DNA of 63,704 nt, counting the filler, from Octopus bimaculoides (Eukaryota): NCBI RefSeq assembly GCF_001194135.2. It is 3 parts of 3 records of this genome, joined end to end, with 100 filler letters (N's around TTAATTAATTAA, not from the genome) between each part and the next. Parts side by side here need not be neighbours in the genome. Positions count along the whole stretch, not along the records: positions 1 to 31,391 come from NC_068988.1; 2 more parts are not named here. One strand, 5' to 3'. Below the pieces are notes generated by a model. The model searched no databases. It saw only the letters and a program-made list of their open reading frames with translations, and was not told the DNA's origin. Shown one piece after another: positions 13,553-22,912 of the stretch (positions are counted from its first letter, which is position 1; each line of letters starts with the position of its first letter). A program made the translations under genes and the position numbers.

Positions 13553-13860
13553 TAGGAGTGGCTGTGTGGTAAGTAGCTTGCTTACCTTGTGAGTGGATTT
13601 GGTAGATGGAAACTGAAAGAAGCCCGTCGTATATATGTATATATATATATATATGTCTGTGTTTGTCCCCCCAACATCGCTTGGCAACCGATGCTGGTGT
13701 GTTTATGTACCCCTAACTTAGCGGTTCGGCAAAAGAGACCAATAGAATAAGTACTAGGCTTCCAAAGAATAAGTCCTGGGGTCGATTTGCTCGACTAAAG
13801 GCGGTGCTCCAGCATGGCGACAGTCAAAAGACTGAAACAAGTAAAATAGTAAAATAGTAA
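13553..13860 (+). mobile_element. SINE family A, young (CpG intact), with internal deletion
   Basis: Head jumps from gcttgcttac to cttgtgagtgg, lacking the core present in 42040-42462; tail nearly identical to 42270-42450. Confidence 0.92.
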
Positions 13861-14058
13861 TTCAGTTCAATTAAAAAGCATGGGTAAGCAATATGTTGTA
13901 AGCCACACCATGATTTGCAAAAAATTTATCTGCACGCAGGGTATTCATTTTAATTGAAATTTGTTTTACTCATTTCATTATGCATACTAGAACTGACTTT
14001 ACTTTCTGTTCATCATGCTGTAGGTGAACATGAGAAATTGCCATTAGTCTTATTTATT

Positions 14059-14896
14059 TAAAATTTATTAATAAGGGTAAAAATTGATATTAATCAATTA
14101 AAACCAGTGGTCTAGCATATTAAAAAAATCCGAAGATTAAAATTATATTACATACAAAAATAAGAGGGATGACCAGCAAAAGTGGACTCCTATATGCTAG
14201 AAATAGATGCCGAACCATCTAACCACGAAAAAATATGTTCTCAATAAAAAAATTAGCGACACAACAGACTGTAAAAGGGCAAGACAAATGAAAAAATACT
14301 AAATAAAAAAAAAACGATTAACCTACGTACCATGGTTTCACCTGTTAAAATTTACATAAGTAAATATCTGCAGGATCATCAGCATAGTCTGTCGATTTAG
14401 AAATATAATTTCCAGAATTAGACATAAGACGCCCACCCGAGAGGGAGTACGTGTAGAGTTCTACAAATTACATTCAGTGTATCCCTTGAAATGTCTTCAA
14501 TCTGGTGCACTAAGTCCGGAAATAACTCTGCAGTTAATAAATTTTTGCAGCTAATTTACCGGTTTGAGAACATCATTATTTAAAATTTATTGATAAGGGT
14601 AGAAATTGATATTAATCAATTAAAACCAGTGGTCTAGCATATTAAAAAAATCCGAAGATTAAAATTATATTACATACAAAAATAAGAGGAATGACCAGCA
14701 ACAGGTGAAACCATGGTATGTAGGTTAATCGTTTCTTTTTTAAATTTTGTATTTTTTCATTTGTCTTGCCCTTTTACAGTCTGTTGTGTCGCTAATTTTT
14801 TACTGAGAACATATTTTTTGTGGTTAGATGATTCGGCATATATTTCTAGCATATAGGAGTCCACTTTTGCTGGTCATTCCTCTTATTTTTGTATGT
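14059..14896 (-). mobile_element. Non-coding Penelope-like/retrozyme-like insertion (family PLE-a) with direct terminal redundancy and inversion
   Basis: TSD (gt)cttatttatt at 14047/49-14058 and 14895/97-14906. About 125-bp direct repeat 14054-14178 vs 14576-14700 (period 522, 3 mismatches). About 197-bp inverted repeat 14150-14346 vs 14700-14896. Hammerhead motif on the minus strand. Confidence 0.8.
14323..14387 (-). ncRNA. Minimal type I hammerhead ribozyme
   Basis: Minus strand: ctatg-CTGATGA-t-cctg(...atttac ttat gtaaat...)cagg-t-GAAA-c-catg-g-TA-cgtag. Stem I 5 bp (one G-U), stem II cctg/cagg, palindromic CCATGG stem III, cleavage triplet GUA. All core nucleotides canonical. Confidence 0.85.
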
Positions 14897-15487
14897 CTTA
14901 TTTATTCATTTAGCTTTATATTTGAAGCAATTTAGTACACAACATTTCCACACAGATATACACAGGGATACTTAGACAGACATATACAGATATAATGTTT
15001 AGGAGTTGGATTGCATAATCTCTTTAAACCTTCATCTGGTCAAGGTGGACTTATCCATCTGCCTGACTACGGTAGATATTTTTCTTACTTGACAATCGGG
15101 AAAAAAACATTATAGCATTTGCAGAAATCATCTGAAAATTGACATAACTGTCTGTCTGTCACATTTTGTGAGATTTTAAAATTACGTTAAAATTTTCAAA
15201 TTTGGTATTCTAAAATAATTTTTCATGTCAAATCCGATTTTGTTATTTATTTGTTTCAGAAAAAAAAACATTGCAGAAAAATTTACTGAGGTTTAAAGTT
15301 TAATCAGTTTTACCTAATCAGAAAATATGATCTGGAAGCTGGCAATTTCTGCATGATAGCTGGCATTTTCTGCGTGATAGCTGTATATCCCAAAATGAAA
15401 ACAAAATCATTAGGAGGAGGAATTTTAGTTAAACAAACGAAAGCAAAGCATTACGACGACCAAAGTGGTAAGAACTTCTAAACATTT

Positions 15488-15761
15488 TGTGGTGTTATGG
15501 GCTGTGATGAGCTATGTGCTGTTGGTGGAGAGGGATGGCAGATGAAGCAAACGGAAGTGAAGACCGGAAGGGCCGGCAGAAGTGGCCAGATCAGATGCGT
15601 GGACAGTGAGCACGTGTAGCCAGTTCGAGCAAAGACGGCGTGCGAAGAAGTCGTGGTTTGATCTGGAGTGATCGTTTATCCCGTTACGGTTGACAAGGTA
15701 AGGTCGCTGTATTTCTTTCTCCCTTTTGCTTCTTGTTGTCTTTTTCCTCCATCACACCACA
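15488..15761. mobile_element. 274-bp TG...CA element with 13-bp terminal inverted repeats (solo LTR or MITE)
   Basis: tgtggtgttatgg at the left, ccatcacaccaca at the right (1 mismatch). GC/CpG-rich interior in AT-rich flanks; flanks attt/gttt are an imperfect 4-bp TSD at best. Confidence 0.6.
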
Positions 15762-16157
15762 GTTTTAATGAATAAAATCATGTGAAGCGGTTAAACAGAT
15801 ATGGGTTCAGATGGAGTATATGTAATTGAACCTCCCCCCTTTTTTTGCGGAATCCCACGTTTTAGGCTATGNNNNNNNNNNNNNNNNNNNNNNNNNNNNN
15901 NNNNNNNNNNNNNNNNNNNNNNNNNNNNNNNNNNNNNNNNNNNNNNNNNNNNNNNNNNNNNNNNNNNNNNNNNNNNNNNNNNNNNNNNNNNNNNNNNNNN
16001 NNNNNNNNNNNNNNNNNNNNNNNNNNNNNNNNNNNNNNNNNNNNNNNNNNNNNNNNNNNNNNNNNNNNNNNNNNNNNNNNNNNNNNNNNNNNNNNNNNNN
16101 NNNNNNNNNNNNNNNNNNNNNNNNNNNNNNNNNNNNNNNNNNNNNNNNNNNNNNNNN

Positions 16158-16488
16158 AGCAGTGAAAACATGGTTCCTTCAACGTGTACCTGATAGAAGT
16201 GCAGCATCACTTGAAGCCGTTACAATTGAAAATGTATTACCGGGTCCTATAGTACATACGGACAAATGGGCCAGCTATAGGAATCTACAACAGCTGGGTT
16301 ACATACACAAAACAGTTAACCACTCAACGAATTTCGTCGACCCTGAAACTGGCGCTTGTACGAATCACATTGAGGCCTATTGGTCCCGAATTAAAAGACT
16401 GCTGAAGTATGTGACTAGATCATCGGGCGACATGAAATGGTCCCACGTTTTTGAATCCATTTCTCATCATATGTTACAATTCGATTGA
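16158..16488 (+). pseudogene. Merlin (IS1016/IS1595, ISXO2-like) DDE transposase C-terminal fragment
   Basis: VPDRSAASL...IVHTDKWASYRNL...YIHKTVNHSTNFVDPETGACTNHIEAYWSRIK carries the typical xxTD-W-xY, VNHS and TNxIExxW motifs; 5' part lost in a gap. Confidence 0.88.
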
Positions 16489-16524
16489 AAAGGATTCATT
16501 TTTGTGATGAGAAAGTAGCATAAT

Positions 16525-16896
16525 GCAGGCTTTTTCATTGTGTTCATGTGGAACCCACTTATCCAAGCTTTTCACTTTACCGATTTGAACTAGGTGAGTC
16601 AAAATTGTTTACTTGCCAACAACAAACAACAACGATAATTGACAGGTACTTTGAGATGGATCTGACTGGACGGTGGCTCTCAGTTTGTCATTAACCACCT
16701 TTATTTCTGATCGACTGCATTTCTCATTTGTGAGATCAAAGTTACGAGAACGAAATTTTGTAAACCAATTTGATACAGTCAACTGTGTAATAACATTAGA
16801 ATAAAATACTCCATTAATATTCCGAGCTGTATATGCTGCTGTATTTCCAAGAAAGAACTCATATTTCAAAACTGTACGAATTTCCGACTTATCCAT
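16525..16896 (-). pseudogene. Mariner transposase N-terminal (HTH) fragment
   Basis: MDKSEIRTVLKYEF..GNTAAYTARNINGVF..TVSNWFTKFRS (HTH_48-like); after a frameshift IGKVKSLDKWVPHE (WVPHEL motif) at about 16540-16580. Confidence 0.9.
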
Positions 16897-17421
16897 CTAA
16901 ACAAAAATAGCAAAAAAACGATTTATAAATATTTTATAGAGTGCAAAATAAGTTAGAATAAAGAAATAGATATGTCAGCTTTCTAACAAAAAATGAAGAT
17001 TGTCAAAATATAATAATGGTGCAAAATTCACAGCTGTCAAAGTTTACCATATCCCTTACTGCAAATTTCATACTTGACGACCTAATAAATAATTTTAAAA
17101 GGAAAAAAAAATCCTCAACGAAGTTTTTTGGCGAAAAATTGCACAAATCTGTCTTGATCAAGAGGTCTATCTATCGGGGAAGGCATGCTCTGACACAGAA
17201 TAACTTAAAATTTATATAAGACATTCTATTGTAAAGATTGCATGGCAATGACGGACTATTCAGCTAGTATACATACACACACACAAACATAAAATATGTG
17301 TTGTTCATAAAATATAAGCTGTAATTTGTTCATTTGCTATAAGTTTCACACTAAGAGCCAATGCTTGGCATTTTGTCACTTTATCTAAGATAGAGAAATA
17401 GGTACACTGTTATTGAAACAT

Positions 17422-17700
17422 CACCATCATCATCATTTAATGTCCGTTTTCCATGCTGGCATGGGTTGGATGGTTTGACAGGAGCCAGTAAGGTTCAGAG
17501 TCACACCAAGTTCCACAGTCTGCTTTGGCTTGTTTTCTACCACTTTACATGTATTGGGTTCTTTTTATGTGACACCATCACCAGTGCTTTTTAAATGGTA
17601 CAAGCACCAGTCATTATTACTCGGCACCAGAGCTATTTATTTGGCTCCAGTGCTTTCTACGTGGCTCTGGCACCAGTGCTTTCTGCATGGTACCATGAAA
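17422..17700 (-). mobile_element. RTE 3' end fragment
   Basis: (atc)n-atttaatgtccgttttccatgctggcatgggttggatgg; reverse complement of the RTE 3' UTR including decayed ggcaccagt units. Confidence 0.82.
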
Positions 17701-17771
17701 CATAACCTATAAAGAAAATTACCAATATAAACCTATATATATATGTATATATATATAATATATAAACAATT

Positions 17772-20728
17772 ATCAGTAAGGGCAAAAGAAAAGCCTGGGG
17801 AACATTACTGGAGTTCTGTGAAGCCTGTAACCTTTTAATCTGCAACACTAACTTCAGGAAGCCAGACAGCCACCTGATAACCTATCAATCAGGTGACTCT
17901 GATAGTCAGATTGATTTCATACTCACTAGACAGTAGGATGCAGGGTTGCTCTTAAATACAAAGACCCTTCCGGGTGAAGAATGTACCTCCGCCCCAGCAT
18001 AGACTAGTCATTAGTGACTTTAGGCCAGAACGATACCAAGAAGCAGACCAATCCAGAAAAGCAGGATTTGGAAGCTAAAGAACCCTTCACATGCTCAGAG
18101 ATTTAGGGACATCCTCATCAAGAAATTTGATGAGAGGGAGGAGGAGCTACAGACCTTGGACATAGAAGGTAGCTGGAAATTCCTATGGGACAGCTTACTG
18201 AGTGCCACAGACCAAGTCTGCGGATGGTACAAAGTCCCTTCCAGACCTAGAGTAATGAGGTGGTGGAATAATATGATAGACAAAGCCATCAGAGCAAAGA
18301 AACAGGCCTGGAAAGGTAGGGGTAGCAGGGAGCTATACCAGATAGCCAGAAGGGAGGCTGGGTGACAGGTATACATAGCCAAGGATGGGGCAGAAAAGAA
18401 GAAGTCTGCCAATGTCCAGCAACATGAGGACCAAAGAACTGAAGTATTTCGGATTGCAAGACAGTTTGTGAGAGGAAATTGTGATATCGGTGCACTTGCT
18501 TTTAATGATTCGGAAAAGAAAGAGGCTTGGAGAAGCCATTATGAAAGACTGCTGAATGTGGAGTATGATTGAGATGAGGAGAGCCTACCAAATGTTGACC
18601 CAGTAGATGGACCAGCTATCAGAATTGACAGCACCCTGGTAGATAAAGCAATTAAGGGTATGAAGTCAGGAAAACCCCCAGCATATTAGGAATCACTGCT
18701 GAGATGCTTAAAACATCTGGTTGTGTGGGCTATGGCCTAGTCACCCATATTATAAACCAGGTAGAGTTCATGATGGAGTCATACTCAATCACTGGCATAG
18801 CAGCACCATAGTCAGGGTGCTACAAGGGTAAAGGCAATGCTTTAGATAGAAATAACTACAGGGGTATCAAACTGCTGAATCATGTGATGAAGGTTACAGA
18901 GAGGGTTATAGCCCAACTAATTAGGGAGAGAGTCTGCTTAGATGTGATGCAGTTCGGTTTTGTGCCAGATAGAAGCACCACTGATGCTATATTCCTGGTA
19001 CAGCAACTGCAGGAGAAATACCTAGCCAAAGTACTTGGCTTTTGTGGACTTGGGCCTTTGACAGGATCCCCTGATCCCTTTTCTGGTGGGTGATGTGGAA
19101 ACTGGGGATTGACGCAAGGTTAATAAGGGCCTATATAGACCCTAGGCCCTATAAAAACAGGCCGTATGCAGAGATGCCATTAGTAAGGTTAGGGTTGGCA
19201 ATGAGTATAATGGTGAATTCCGGGTAGAAGTAGGGGGTCTACCAAGGATCAGCCTTCAGCCCTCACTTATTCATCATAGTCCTTCAGGCAATAACAGAGG
19301 AATTCAAAATTGGTTGCCACTGGGAGTTCCTCTATGCTAATGACCTGGCCCTCATAGCAGAATCCCTACCAGAACTAGAGAAGAAATTTCAGGTGTGGAA
19401 GCAAGGTTTAGAATTGAAGGGCCTTAGAGTCAATGTTGCAAAGTTCAAAGTTCTAGTAAGTAGAAAGGTGAACACATCACACATCCCTTCAAGTAGTTGG
19501 CCCTGCTCGATCTGTAGAAGAGCTGTAGGTAGGAACTCCATAAAATGTACCCAGTGTAAGCTATGGACACATAAGAGGTGCAGCAACATCAAAGGGAGAT
19601 TAACCGAGAAGATAGCTTTCATGTGCAGCAGATGCACTGGGGCAATAAACACCACAGATACTCAGAAAACAGATTCCATCACATGCCAGGGGGGAGAAAC
19701 TAGAAGTAATTGATAGATTCCGCTACCTAGGTGACCAAGTCTGTAGTAGGTTGGATGCTCAAAGAGTGTTACCACTAGAATAAGAATAGCCTGGGCAAAG
19801 TTCAGAAAGCTTCTACCCCTGCTGGTGACAAATGGCCTCTCATTCAGAGTGAAGGGTAGATTGTATGATACATGTGTATGAACTGCCAAGCTTCATAGCA
19901 GTGAAACATGGGCCATGACTGCTGAAGATATGCATTGGCTCGAAAGAAATGAAGCTAGCATGATCTGCTGAATGTGTAAAGTTAGTGTGGACACACGACA
20001 GAGTGTAAGTGCTCTGAGAGAAATGTTGGACATAAGAAGCATCGGGTGTGGCATGCAAGAGAGAAATTTGCGTTGGTATGGTCATGTACTCTGGATGGAT
20101 GAGGAGAGCTGTGTGAAGACGTGCCACTCCAAAGCAGTGGTAGGAATCCGGGGTAGAGGGAGACCCAGGAAGACATGGGATGAGGTGGTGAAGCATGACC
20201 TTCAAACATTGGGCCTCACAGAGGCAATGACAAAAGACCGAGACCTCTGGTGATATGCTGTGACTGAGAAGACCCGGCAAATAAAGTGAGTTCATAGCTG
20301 TAACCTACAACAGTGTCGCATAACCAGCCCACTCAAAAGTACCTTGGATTGTAGGGCAACATGCCATGCTTGAGGAGACCTATTGAGTCAAGTACATCAA
20401 AATCAAATGGAAATTGTAGTTATGATCTCCGTGCCGGTGACACATAAAAAGCACTGTCCGAACGTGGCCGATGCCAGCGCCACCTTGACTGGCTTCTATG
20501 CCAGTGGCACGCAAAAAGCACCAACCGACCATGGTTGTTGCCAGCACCCTCTGGAACCCTGTGCATGTGGCACGTAAAAAGCAGCCTCGGAGTGGTTGGT
20601 ATTAGGAAGGGCATCCAGTGCCAGATCAGACTGGAGCCTGGTGCAGCCTCCTGGCTTTCCAGACCCCAGTCAAGCCGTCCAGCCCATGCCAGCATGGAAA
20701 ACAGACGTGAAACGATGATGATGATGAT
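17772..20728 (+). mobile_element. 5'-truncated RTE-clade LINE (end of APE, RT, PHD insert, 3' UTR, (ATG)n tail), disrupted
   Basis: LLEFCEACNLLICNTNFRK..TYQSG..QIDFIL (APE end), NNYRGIKLL, QFGFVP..STTDAIF, YQGSAFSP, LYANDL (YADD), FRYLG, LRWYGHV...GRGRPRKTW (RTE C-terminus). Multiple stops and frameshifts. Confidence 0.95.
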
Positions 20729-20789
20729 ATATATATATAATAAATGAAAGACAGATGGAATATATCAGAATTTATTAATCATGACAGTT

Positions 20790-20960
20790 TCGACACATCT
20801 AGCATCAATCCCTCATATACAGCAGAATGCTTTTAGTTTCTGTCTCCCAGATTCTCATACACAAGACTTCAGTTGGGCAGAGGTTTATAGTAGAAGACAC
20901 CCAACCAAGGTACCACTGCGTGGGACTGAACTTAAAACCATACAGTTAAGAAATAATCTT
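20790..20960 (-). mobile_element. SINE family A head/core
   Basis: tatagtagaagacacccaaccaaggtaccactgcgtgggactgaac is the reverse complement of the family A core and head. Confidence 0.82.
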
Positions 20961-21669
20961 AAACCCACCATCATACACACACGTCTACACTTGCATAAAT
21001 ACCAATAAACACCACTGAATACACACAAATCATTTACTCAAAGCTGTCATCTAAATGAAACATTCCACCAGTTCTGGTGGTGGTGAAATCCAGCATTTGC
21101 TGAAGTATGTGGTGAAGTGTATCCACTTGAATATACACATTGCTGGATTTAACTCTTCTATATTTGTAATCTGTTTCTATATCATATAATTAAACTGACT
21201 TTTATCTAGTCACTAATGATTTGAATAAAGTGGAATTGCTGATACATTTTAAATATATGTTAGTGACTAATGGTAATATCTTATTTACTTGTTAGGGAAC
21301 TTTCTCAAATGTAACTTTTAATTAACCTAGATATTTCAATATTAAAGCAAATATAGTCTCTCACCTTCTCTTCCCATTTGAAATTGGATTATGATTAGAA
21401 TAAATAAACACACAAGCATAGCTTTGTTAAACAATGTGTGAATTAAATTTGTGGGAGAAGCATGTAAGATTTCACAATTGTTTGATGAGTGTAAGTTTTC
21501 TTTATCTTTAATCTTTTACTTGTCAAAGTCATTGGACTGTGGCCATGCTGGGGCACCAACTTGAAGTGTTTAGTTGCAGAAATAAATCTCCAGAATTTTT
21601 GTTTTATGAGCATTTTATAAGAATCTATTTTGAGAAAACCCAGCAAGCCAAATGAGATTATAGCTGTGG

Positions 21670-22130
21670 CTGATGCCAGTGTCGCATAATTGGCCCATTT
21701 AAAAATATCCCTTCAGTTGTTGGCAATATGCTGTGTTTGAGAAGACCTGTTGAGCCAAGGGAAATTGTAGACATGGTTGATACCAGTGCTGCCTGACTGG
21801 CAGCCATGCTGGTGGCACATAAAAAGTACCATTCAAGTATGTTTGATACCAGTGCTGCATGACTGGCTCCTGTGCCGGTGGCACATAAAAAGTACCATCT
21901 GAGTGTAGTCGATACCAGTGCCATCTGACTGGCTCCTATGCTGGTGGCATGTAAAAAGCACCCATTAAACTCTTGGAGTGGTTGGTGTTAGGAAGAGCAT
22001 TCAGCTGTAGAAACCTTGCCAGATCAGACTTGGGCCTGGTGCAGTCTCCTGGTTTGCCAGCCCCCAGTCAAACCATCCAACCCATGCCAGTATGGAAAGC
22101 AGACATTAAACAATAATGATTATGATGATG
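21670..22130 (+). mobile_element. RTE 3' UTR fragment with 66-bp tandem units
   Basis: gataccagtg recurs at 21779, 21845 and 21911 (period 66), followed by ggagtggttggtgttaggaag...ccatgccagtatggaaagcagacattaaa-(gat)n. Confidence 0.9.
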
Positions 22131-22139
22131 AAGCCTGAT

Positions 22140-22400
22140 ATTTATTCTTTTGATCTCTTTTTGCCCAACTGTTAAGTTACAGGGATGTAAACAAACCAAC
22201 ATCGATTGTCAAGTGACTATAGGAGACAAACACAGGGATACACACATAAGATTCTTTCAGTTTTTGCCTTCCAAAACCACTTACAAGGCTTTGGTCACAT
22301 CATAGAAGACACTTGCCCAAGTTGCCACTTAGAGGAACTGAACCCAGAACCATGTAGTTAGGAAGCAGACCTCTTACTACACAGTTAGGCTTGTACCTAT
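22140..22400 (-). mobile_element. SINE family A, CpG-decayed
   Basis: Reverse complement of family A tail, core and head (gaagacacttgcccaag...gaactgaacccagaaccatg). Confidence 0.85.
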
Positions 22401-22873
22401 GTCAATAGTTCCATTTGACCAACACAACTATCTACCCATTGTAATAAAGTGTATGTTGCTGAGTATTCTACAGTCAACTTTTTGTACCATTAAACCTTTA
22501 GTGCTCAAATTAATCTGTCAAATGTGATGCTTATTTGTTTTCATTATTTTGAATTATTCAGGTTCAAGTGGGGTGTCCATAATATTTGCTTGTAACTTTG
22601 TTAATCTTTTACAAATGGCGGTGCATCAGCCTGGCCGCAGCTCTGAGCTGAAACTACAGAAAAAAAAATACAGATTTGAAATTTTGTCAGTGGGTGCTTA
22701 TATATCATTGGTTTATAGTTATGCAATTTTAGCTGATCGTTTGATTAAATTTGACTATTATGGGCAGGTAAATTGGATTAACAAGTGTAAAAGCAATAAC
22801 ATTATGGATATACACTAAAATTGAAATACTTAATGCATCTTACTTATTTGATTTGTTACTAAAATTATCCCAG

Positions 22874-22912
22874 GTGTCATCAGCCAATAACCTTGCCACT
22901 TTTCAAGATGAG
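22874..22912 (+). other. Candidate 39-nt phase-0 micro-exon (VSSANNLATFQDE) of an unidentified host gene
   Basis: ttactaaaattatcccAG|GTG...GAG|GTacat: branch-point-like tactaa, CAG acceptor, GAG|GT donor, frame-preserving and stop-free. No homology recognised. Confidence 0.22.

Noticed and set aside
21779-21965. Regularly spaced repeats resembling a CRISPR array (period 66)
   Set aside because: The 'spacers' are homologous to each other, the context is a eukaryotic LINE 3' UTR, and there are no cas genes.
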